Below, piece after piece: positions 18,637 through 25,588 of a stretch of DNA of 64,000 nt. The notes beneath the pieces are model-generated. The model was not told the origin of the DNA and ran no database searches. It saw nothing but the letters and a program-made list of their open reading frames with translations. The stretch spans positions 22,324 through 86,323 of the forward strand of contig JAQSWM010000012.1 of assembly GCA_029266635.1 (NCBI GenBank), in the 5' to 3' direction. Within the stretch, counting starts at the first letter, position 1, and every line of letters starts with the position of its first letter. This DNA is from Sphingobacteriaceae bacterium. Lineage in GTDB: Bacteria; Bacteroidota; Bacteroidia; Sphingobacteriales; Sphingobacteriaceae. Made by a program: the position numbers and the translations under genes.

Positions 18637-18937
18637 CATCTCAACTTCAATTGCACTGATTGAGGATTTCATAAAAGATTTAAACTCGTTTGCCGAATAT
18701 CAAAAAGACCTGAAAACAAAAGGTGCTGTAGAAAGGCACTTAGGAATTATCGGCGAAGCTGTGAATAAATAATTAAGGGAGTCGGATACAAACAAGCTCA
18801 AACACGCCTCACAGATAATCAGCTTAAGAAACAGATTGATTCACTCGTACGACAATGTAGATGACTCAATAATCTGGTCAGTCATAACGCGGCATCTAAG
18901 ACCACTTAAAGAAGAAATAAGCGAAATGAGTTTGTAG
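18605..18937 (+). pseudogene. HepT (DUF86) RNase toxin gene interrupted by an in-frame TAA at 18770-18772
   Basis: ATG at 18605, then 55 codons (MTEKEKKFLSDISTSIALIEDF...VERHLGIIGEAVNK), then TAA. The same frame continues for 54 codons (LRESDTNKLKHASQIISLRNRLIHSYDNVDDSIIWSVI...) to TAG at 18935. The RX4HXY motif (RNRLIHSY) lies at 18827-18850, after the stop. Confidence 0.8.
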
Positions 18938-18959
18938 GCGGAGCACTGAGTTCGCCAGC

Positions 18960-19604
18960 CTACACCTTTCCCCCAAACGCCAGATCTCCTGCATCGCCCA
19001 GCCCCGGCACAATGTAGCCTTTTGAGGTAAGTTCATCATCAATAGCTCCCAGCCACAAATGTGCTTTGGGCAGATTGGCTTTTACATATGCCACACCTTC
19101 AGTACTTGCGATAAGCGACACAATATGAAGCTGCTTGATATTGTACTGGCCGAGCAGTTCTTTGCAGCTCACAACCATGCTCATTCCGGTGGCGAGCATC
19201 GGGTCTGAGATGATGAGCACACGCCCGTCTAAAGCTGGTGCGGCAGAATATTCGGATTGGATGGAAAAACCTCCGCCTTTTTGACTTTTACGGATCGCAG
19301 AAATAAAACCCGAGTCTGCCTTATCGAAAAAATTCAGTAAGCCCTGGTGCAAGGGCAGCCCGGCACGCAGGATCGTCGCCAGCACCGGCTGATGCTCCAG
19401 TACCTGGACCGTTGCCGTGCCCAGCGGCGTTTCAAAATCCGTGTCAACGTACCCCAGCTTTTTACTGATCTCGTAGGCAAATATCTCCCCCAGCCGCTCC
19501 ATGTTTTTGCGGAAGCGCATGCTGTCCTGCTGGATTGTGGCATCCCGCAACTCAGAAAGGAAATTGTTACCGATTGAAGGCTTATCTTTTAGTACAAAAA
19601 CCAT
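18960..19604 (-). CDS. upp: uracil phosphoribosyltransferase
   Basis: 214 aa. PRPP-binding block VLIISDPMLATGMS and C-terminal YIVPGLGDAGDLAFG. Confidence 0.9.
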   Translation of the reverse strand: MVFVLKDKPSIGNNFLSELRDATIQQDSMRFRKNMERLGEIFAYEISKKLGYVDTDFETPLGTATVQVLEHQPVLATILRAGLPLHQGLLNFFDKADSGFISAIRKSQKGGGFSIQSEYSAAPALDGRVLIISDPMLATGMSMVVSCKELLGQYNIKQLHIVSLIASTEGVAYVKANLPKAHLWLGAIDDELTSKGYIVPGLGDAGDLAFGGKV

Positions 19605-19610
19605 GGTATG

Positions 19611-20915
19611 TTATTTTTTATCAGAGGCATATTGTACAATTTGTTGGTAAACGTTAAGCCAGCCCTTCCAGTAACCAGTATCAGTCAGTGATTCATTATG
19701 CCACAAGGTGATAAAAGTTCCGTTCACTTTCTTCACCTCATCGCATAAATTTTTAAGCGTGTTCAAAGCCTGCTCGGGGTTCAGCCGCATGTATTTGCTA
19801 AGCGTGACCTCCATTGCTACAAACGGATATACGGTCAAACTGGTTTCTTTTTCCTGAGATAAATCATACCAGTGGAAAGGCATGCAAGTTCCCGCCCTGA
19901 ATCCAGCCTGAGAGGCAAATCCCATCGAGTAATCCTCTTCTATCCCTTCCTGTAACAAGCGCTGGTAAGTTTCAGACATCTTCATTTTCAAAAAGTGCTG
20001 CCGCGACTTCACTACCTTGTGATCTACAATCTCTTCAAGCCTCCTTTTCTCAAGTGCTGTCCTTTCGGGCTCTATGTTCGATTTGTAGGATGGATGTACA
20101 CCAACATCAGCATATGATGAGATATCCTTTATCAGTCGGCGGAACTCTGGCAGCTCACACGAAATGCTGTTGTCGTATCTCGAACAATCGCCCATTAAAA
20201 AGAAGAAAACGGGCCTTGCATTCTGATGGATCTTGCGCATCAGGTCGTACGTATCAAACGGATCTTTTTCTTTACCGATTAATACTCTGATGATGGAACG
20301 TGCCTTTTCTTTACGCAGCGATAACGTGGCTTTTAACAGTCGGGCAGCGGTTGCGGGCAAGCTGGAATAGCGCCAGGCATAAGCCCGGTCAATATCTATG
20401 GTAGGGATGTAAGAGTATTGGCGGGCGGGAAAAGTGAATTCCGAATATCTTTGACGGATAAGAGCAGCAATTTCATATGCCCACTGATCGATTACAGGCA
20501 AACGCAAAAACCCTGCTTTAAACGCGAAGCTTTCTTCAGCTCTGAAACGCCCGTGCTGGTCTTTGCTGTGAGGAAGGTATTCTTCATATCGTGTAAGCAG
20601 ATAGAACGCTGCCGCAAAGACATCGAACGGCAAGACAGAGCCCTCAACAGCAAAGGGAACTGAATAGGTTTTGTACTCAACGAGATGCAAGTCCACGGGT
20701 TGAGCACCTTCCTGCGAGAGAAAGCCATCTCGTTTAAAAAATAGTTCGTCGACTATTGGCTCATTCGCATAGCTCGCCTTCGGGTTTGCAGATGATAAGA
20801 ACTCCTGCTTGTTACTGGTGATTTCTATTTCAGCTCCAAGTACATCACTAAAGATAAATTTGCAGATGTATTGGATCCGGTTTGTGAGCAAAGGAGTATA
20901 AATCAGCAGCCGCAT
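19611..20915 (-). CDS. polysaccharide deacetylase-like protein (function tentative)
   Basis: 434 aa. The C-terminal half (FFFLMGD..., GVHPSY..., SRQHFLKM, GFRAGTC) resembles NodB-like/DUF-type deacetylases annotated in Bacteroidota. The assignment comes from memory only. Confidence 0.5.
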   Translation of the reverse strand: MRLLIYTPLLTNRIQYICKFIFSDVLGAEIEITSNKQEFLSSANPKASYANEPIVDELFFKRDGFLSQEGAQPVDLHLVEYKTYSVPFAVEGSVLPFDVFAAAFYLLTRYEEYLPHSKDQHGRFRAEESFAFKAGFLRLPVIDQWAYEIAALIRQRYSEFTFPARQYSYIPTIDIDRAYAWRYSSLPATAARLLKATLSLRKEKARSIIRVLIGKEKDPFDTYDLMRKIHQNARPVFFFLMGDCSRYDNSISCELPEFRRLIKDISSYADVGVHPSYKSNIEPERTALEKRRLEEIVDHKVVKSRQHFLKMKMSETYQRLLQEGIEEDYSMGFASQAGFRAGTCMPFHWYDLSQEKETSLTVYPFVAMEVTLSKYMRLNPEQALNTLKNLCDEVKKVNGTFITLWHNESLTDTGYWKGWLNVYQQIVQYASDKK

Positions 20916-21043
20916 GTCATACTAATATCAAAAATCCTTCCGTAACATAAAATCAGCTGGCCTGTTAAACTAAAATCAGAAATGCGTCGTACTTAAACCA
21001 TAGAACATTGTAATAGTGTTTTGTTGAATAAGGTTTGATTACG

Positions 21044-21073
21044 AGGGGGCCACGGGTTGGCTCCCTTTTTTTT
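21044..21073 (+). terminator. canonical intrinsic terminator oriented on the plus strand, with no plus-strand gene upstream
   Basis: Stem 21044-21051 (AGGGGGCC) pairs with 21059-21066 (GGCTCCCT), giving 8 bp with one G-U and a 7-nt loop. It is followed by T8 (21066-21073). On the minus strand no U-tract follows the hairpin. Confidence 0.55.
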
Positions 21074-21078
21074 GCTGG

Positions 21079-22224
21079 CTATTCCTCTAATATTCTCACC
21101 AAATCTGCATTTACATAAAAAACCTCTTTACCATCCTGCTTTGTTGTCAAAATTCCTTTGGAAGTAAGCTCCGCCATGTATTTGGTGAGGGTTGTGCGGC
21201 TGGTCTTTTCCAGTACCTGGCCAATTGCCCTGGCTTTAATATAGGGCTGGGAGAATATTACTTCATTAATTTCTTTATTGTACCATTTTAATTCTTCTTT
21301 CCCATACTTCAAGGTAGCAGCCATCTGGCTGATAATATCGTCAATTATCCTGTTGCTCCTTCTTGCGGTTTGTTCAACGGCGGTTAGCATGTATAACAGC
21401 CACTCTTTCCATGACTGCCTCTGTGTGACTAAACCAAGGTTGTAGTAATAGTCTTCTTTATGTTCTATAATATATTTGCTGAGATAAAGTACAGGTTGAT
21501 TCAACAACGTTTTATTCACGAGGAATAACAGGTTTAGAATCCTACCTGTCCTTCCATTGCCGTCAGAAAATGGGTGGATTGCTTCAAACTGATAGTGCGC
21601 CACAGCCATTTTCAGGAGCGGGTCTTGTGGATATGTTTCATCATCATGCATGTACTTTAAGAGATTTTCAAGCTTGCTTTCGATTATGTCTTTTCCCTGC
21701 GGCGGTGTGTAAATCACTTCTCCGCTCCTGAACTCGCTTTCGCCACGACGGATTACCACATTCGACTGTGGGGGCCTTATTCCTTGGGCTGTATCCTTCA
21801 CTTTCCGGTATATCTTTATAATAGCCGCTTTATCGATTATGCCTTTTTTAGTTAAATCATTATAGCCTGCCCACAACGCTTCGCGGTAGCGCAATACCTC
21901 TTTAGTTGCAGGATTTGCGTTATCTTCTTTAACAGAATCAGACAAAGCTTTGTATAACTCGTCGTCTGTAGTAAAGATATTTTCAATTTCTGATGAGCTT
22001 TTTGCTTCCTGTAATGAGATAGTATTAATCAGCATAACGGGATTAGGCAGCCGCAACAAATTCTTGTTCAGCCCGGCTAATTCTCTGCTGGCATATCCCC
22101 ACTTTAATAACACCTCAGCATCGGGTTGGTACGCCGGAGGGAGCAAGGGCAGTTGGTTGTAAGGCACTAACCGGTCAAACGGCACCCTTTCATCATGTTC
22201 ATTTTTCATTACTTTTCTGGACAT
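21079..22224 (-). CDS. Fic-family protein (AMPylase-type) with an N-terminal Fic_N region and a C-terminal wHTH-like domain
   Basis: Fic motif HPFSDGNGRTGR at 21541-21576. N-terminal inhibitory-type motif SSEIEN ([ST]xxxE[GN]) at 21979-21996. By eye it is more AT-rich than its neighbours. Confidence 0.9.
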   Translation of the reverse strand: MSRKVMKNEHDERVPFDRLVPYNQLPLLPPAYQPDAEVLLKWGYASRELAGLNKNLLRLPNPVMLINTISLQEAKSSSEIENIFTTDDELYKALSDSVKEDNANPATKEVLRYREALWAGYNDLTKKGIIDKAAIIKIYRKVKDTAQGIRPPQSNVVIRRGESEFRSGEVIYTPPQGKDIIESKLENLLKYMHDDETYPQDPLLKMAVAHYQFEAIHPFSDGNGRTGRILNLLFLVNKTLLNQPVLYLSKYIIEHKEDYYYNLGLVTQRQSWKEWLLYMLTAVEQTARRSNRIIDDIISQMAATLKYGKEELKWYNKEINEVIFSQPYIKARAIGQVLEKTSRTTLTKYMAELTSKGILTTKQDGKEVFYVNADLVRILEE

Positions 22225-22311
22225 ATGGCAAAAATATGTTCAATTTTAGACATTAACAACATATATGTCCATTTATAGTCAAAAACTGAACACGAGCACA
22301 ACATACGTCCA
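22218..22311. promoter_or_regulatory. repeated ACAACATA..GTCCA motif (two direct copies and one inverted copy) in the Fic-uvrB divergent promoter region
   Basis: TGGACATAT at 22218-22226 overlaps the Fic ATG and is the exact inverse of ATATGTCCA at 22263-22271. ACAACATATATGTCCA (22256-22271) and ACAACATACGTCCA (22298-22311) are direct repeats. Confidence 0.4.
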
Positions 22312-22368
22312 GTTACAACAATTCTTCTTCCTGAACCATTAGCCTAAGTTCTTATCTTTGAGCTATAC

Positions 22369-24402
22369 ATGTCATTTAAGTTAACTTCAGAATATTATCC
22401 AACCGGCGATCAGCCTGAAGCCATCCGCCAATTGGTTGAAGGTGTAAATGCCGACGAGAATTACCAAACACTTTTAGGCGTAACCGGATCGGGAAAGACT
22501 TTTACCATCGCGAACGTTATCCAGCAAACTCAGAAGCCGACGCTCATTCTAAGCCATAACAAAACCCTGGCAGCCCAGCTTTATGGTGAGTTTAAGCAGT
22601 TCTTCCCGGAGAATGCAGTCAACTATTTTGTTTCCTACTACGATTATTACCAGCCGGAAGCGTACATCGCTTCATCCAACACCTACATTGAAAAAGACCT
22701 CCAGATAAATGACGAGATAGAAAAACTTCGCCTCCGCACAACATCATCGCTTATGTCGGGCAGGCGGGATGTGATTGTGGTTTCTTCGGTATCATGCATT
22801 TATGGTATGGGAAACCCGGAAGACTTTTCAAACTCGGTGTTTCGGTTCGCAGTGGGCACCCGCATCAGCCGTAACGCATTCCTTCACCGGCTGGTTGAGA
22901 TTTTATATTCCCGCACTACAGCCGATTTCCGCCGCGGAACCTTCCGGGTGAAAGGCGATACTGTGGATATTTATCCGGCCTATATGGATTTCGCGTATCG
23001 TGTGTCCTTCTTTGGCGATGATATCGAAGAACTTAGCGCCATAGATCCGGCAAGCGGAAAAACGTTGGAGAAGATGACGCACCTGGCAGTGTTTCCTGCG
23101 AACCTGTTCGTAACCCCAAAAGATCGTTTCAATAAATCGGTTTGGTCTATTCAGGAGGAACTGGAAGCCCGCAAGCAGCAGTTCTTAGATGAAAAGCGAT
23201 TCCTTGAAGCTAAGCGTCTGGAGGAAAGAGTCAATTACGACCTGGAAATGATGCGTGAGCTGGGCTATTGTAGCGGAATTGAAAACTATTCCAGGTTTTT
23301 TGATGGTCGGAGCCCTGGGATGCGCCCCTTCTGTTTGCTTGATTATTTCCCGGACGATTACCTGATGGTGATTGACGAAAGCCACGTTACCGTCCCGCAG
23401 ATCCGGGCCATGTACGGCGGCGACCGCTCCCGCAAGCTTTCGCTCGTGGAATATGGCTTCCGCCTGCCCGCAGCGCTGGATAATCGTCCACTCAACTTCA
23501 ACGAATTTGAAAAACTGGCTCCGCAAACTATTTATGTAAGCGCAACTCCTGGCGATTATGAACTGGAGAAAACTGAAGGCGTTTACGTAGAACAAGTCAT
23601 CCGGCCAACGGGATTGTTAGACCCAACGATAGAAATCCGCCCGGTTGTGAACCAGGTGGATGATCTGCTTGATGAAGTTGATAAAACAGTCAAAATCGGC
23701 GACCGCATCCTTGTCACCACGCTTACCAAACGCATGGCTGAAGAACTCACCAAATACATGGACAGGCTGGGGATTAAGGTGCGTTACATCCACTCCGAAG
23801 TGAAAACTTTAGATCGTGTGGAAATCCTCCGCGATCTGCGCCTCGGCGTTTTTGATGTTCTGGTTGGGATAAACCTGCTGCGGGAAGGTCTGGATTTACC
23901 AGAAGTATCGCTGGTAGCGATTCTGGATGCCGACAAAGAAGGTTTCCTCCGCTCTGAGCGCTCTCTGATCCAAACGATAGGTCGTGCAGCACGGAATGAT
24001 CGCGGCAGGGTAATCATGTACGCCGACACCATCACAGAAAGCATGCGGGTAACCATTGATGAGACCAACAGAAGACGGGATAAACAGATCGCCTACAACC
24101 TGGAGCACGGAATTACTCCGAGAACTGTCGGCAAATCGCGGGCCGAGATTATTGAGCAAACTTCTGTAATGGACTTTAAAGGCGGCGTTCAGAAAGCTTA
24201 CATCGAGCAGGAAGTTGCCGATAACATTGCCGCAGATCCGATTGTGCAGTATATGACCAAGCCGGAGCTTCAGAAAGCGATAGATAAAACAAAGAAAGAT
24301 ATGGTTGCAGCAGCGAAAGACATGGACTTCCTTTTAGCCGCCAAGCTGCGTGACGAAATGTTTGCCCTTGAGAAGATGATGGAAGAGCGGTTTAGCAAGT
24401 AA
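22369..24402 (+). CDS. uvrB: excinuclease ABC subunit B
   Basis: 677 aa. Walker A LLGVTGSGKTFT, YYDYYQPEAY, helicase motifs, and the C-terminal UVR domain (AAKLRDEMFAL). Confidence 0.97.
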   Translation: MSFKLTSEYYPTGDQPEAIRQLVEGVNADENYQTLLGVTGSGKTFTIANVIQQTQKPTLILSHNKTLAAQLYGEFKQFFPENAVNYFVSYYDYYQPEAYIASSNTYIEKDLQINDEIEKLRLRTTSSLMSGRRDVIVVSSVSCIYGMGNPEDFSNSVFRFAVGTRISRNAFLHRLVEILYSRTTADFRRGTFRVKGDTVDIYPAYMDFAYRVSFFGDDIEELSAIDPASGKTLEKMTHLAVFPANLFVTPKDRFNKSVWSIQEELEARKQQFLDEKRFLEAKRLEERVNYDLEMMRELGYCSGIENYSRFFDGRSPGMRPFCLLDYFPDDYLMVIDESHVTVPQIRAMYGGDRSRKLSLVEYGFRLPAALDNRPLNFNEFEKLAPQTIYVSATPGDYELEKTEGVYVEQVIRPTGLLDPTIEIRPVVNQVDDLLDEVDKTVKIGDRILVTTLTKRMAEELTKYMDRLGIKVRYIHSEVKTLDRVEILRDLRLGVFDVLVGINLLREGLDLPEVSLVAILDADKEGFLRSERSLIQTIGRAARNDRGRVIMYADTITESMRVTIDETNRRRDKQIAYNLEHGITPRTVGKSRAEIIEQTSVMDFKGGVQKAYIEQEVADNIAADPIVQYMTKPELQKAIDKTKKDMVAAAKDMDFLLAAKLRDEMFALEKMMEERFSK

Positions 24403-24660
24403 TCACCGTTTGATCACATGTCCAGCTTGCTTTGTAAATGTAAGAAAGCCTTCTGCTGACAAATCTTCGTCCAAATCTGGCCAGTGTATTCCGTAGCCGC
24501 TTTTGCTGATCTCGAAATTCTCGCGTTGAGCCGCTGACGCATTCGACAATCGCGGGAACCAATGTAATGGAGAGCCAATAATCCGCTCATCGCTTAGTTC
24601 CACAAATACGTGCATATCAGTAAACCAAACTTTTTTTGCGCCTATAAATTCATTCCCCAT
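24403..24660 (-). CDS. DUF2442-family small protein
   Basis: 85 aa. The pattern VFVELSDERIIGSPLHWFPRL...GIHWPDLDEDLSAEGFL matches DUF2442. Its stop codon directly abuts the uvrB stop codon. Confidence 0.7.
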   Translation of the reverse strand: MGNEFIGAKKVWFTDMHVFVELSDERIIGSPLHWFPRLSNASAAQRENFEISKSGYGIHWPDLDEDLSAEGFLTFTKQAGHVIKR

Positions 24661-24891
24661 CTCTAAAAAACTCCTTCCACAGGTTTATAAAGTTATCTCT
24701 GTTCTCCAATATTACAGCTTCGGCTAATCTAATATCTTTGGGCTTAATTCCCTTGTTAAAAATCAGCACCACGTCAGGCTCAATATTGAACTTGGCTTCG
24801 CCATCCGCGTTGGACACATGAACGTGAATTGGACGATGATCATTGCTGTAAAACTTGAATATTAAACCAAATATCCTGAATATTTCGGCAT
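24650..24891 (-). pseudogene. DUF4160-family gene with an apparent 1-nt deletion in codon 2
   Basis: ATG at 24891-24889 gives MPKYSGYLV then a stop. The adjacent frame reads (H)AEIFRIFGLIFKFYSNDHRPIHVHVSNADGEAKFNIEPDVVLIFNKGIKPKDIRLAEAVILENRDNFINLWKEFFRDGE, a full DUF4160-like sequence, but it has no start codon after an upstream TAG. ATGCC-GAAATA would be MPEI with one extra base. Its stop overlaps the DUF2442 start by 11 nt. Confidence 0.7.
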
Positions 24892-24929
24892 GTTGTAAGT
24901 TTGCAACTAACTAAGTTACTCAATACCAG

Positions 24930-25130
24930 GTGAACGGTCAAAACAGAAAAGATATTTACCCCGGGCTTGAAGTGGATATTATCCTCAAGAAGGATCAGCG
25001 GAGCGGCAAGCTTACGCGAGGGATCGTGAAAAATCTGCTTACAAGCGCATCGTTCCACTCACGTGGGATAAAAGTGAGGCTTGAGGATGGGCAAATCGGA
25101 CGGGTAGCCGAGATTGTAGAAGAAGATTAG
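24930..25130 (+). CDS. YwbE-family small protein
   Basis: GTG start. GLEVDIILKKDQRSGKLTRGIVKNLLTSASFHSRGIKVRLEDGQIGRV matches the conserved YwbE core. Confidence 0.75.
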   Translation: MNGQNRKDIYPGLEVDIILKKDQRSGKLTRGIVKNLLTSASFHSRGIKVRLEDGQIGRVAEIVEED

Positions 25131-25241
25131 AACTCTCCGCGGCAGAGCGCAAGAGCCATCACCAGCCAATTGTAAGGATTAGGATAGCCTGAAACATTTA
25201 AGATAATTTATCGTCTATATTTGTAGAGTTTAATTTAAAGC

Positions 25242-25511
25242 ATGACACTTTTAAGATTTCTGATTATTACTATTTGCGTAATGTGGCTGATCAGGATGAT
25301 AGCACGGGTAGTCTTACCTATGCTGTTTCAAAGCCTCATGAACAAAGCACAAAATCAAGCCGGAACACAGCAACAGCCGTACCGCAGGCAATATCGCAAG
25401 CCCGAAGGCAAAATACATATAGACTTTATCCCACCTAAAGACAAAGAGGCAAAAGCGGCTGATAAAGCCGGCGAGTTTGTTGATTATGTGGAGATAAAAG
25501 ACAAGCCTTAA
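25242..25511 (+). CDS. DUF4834-family small membrane protein
   Basis: 89 aa with one N-terminal TM helix, a Q-rich linker and C-terminal GEFVDYVEIKD, as I recall for DUF4834. Confidence 0.55.
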   Translation: MTLLRFLIITICVMWLIRMIARVVLPMLFQSLMNKAQNQAGTQQQPYRRQYRKPEGKIHIDFIPPKDKEAKAADKAGEFVDYVEIKDKP

Positions 25512-25588
25512 CCCTCCCGAATTCAGTTCTTTATTAATCTGTTATTTACTTCCTTTTTCTATTTTTGGCATTCCATAAATAGAAATAG

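Noticed and set aside
22225-22368. A possible LexA/SOS (Cheo-type GAAC-N4-GTTC) box upstream of uvrB
   Set aside because: Only half-site-like fragments occur (GAACAT, GAACAC). There is no proper palindrome with the required spacing.
24840-25058. 72-aa minus-strand ORF overlapping the ywbE start region
   Set aside because: It has no homology-like features and overlaps both the well-supported YwbE frame and the 5' end of DUF4160. It is a shadow ORF.
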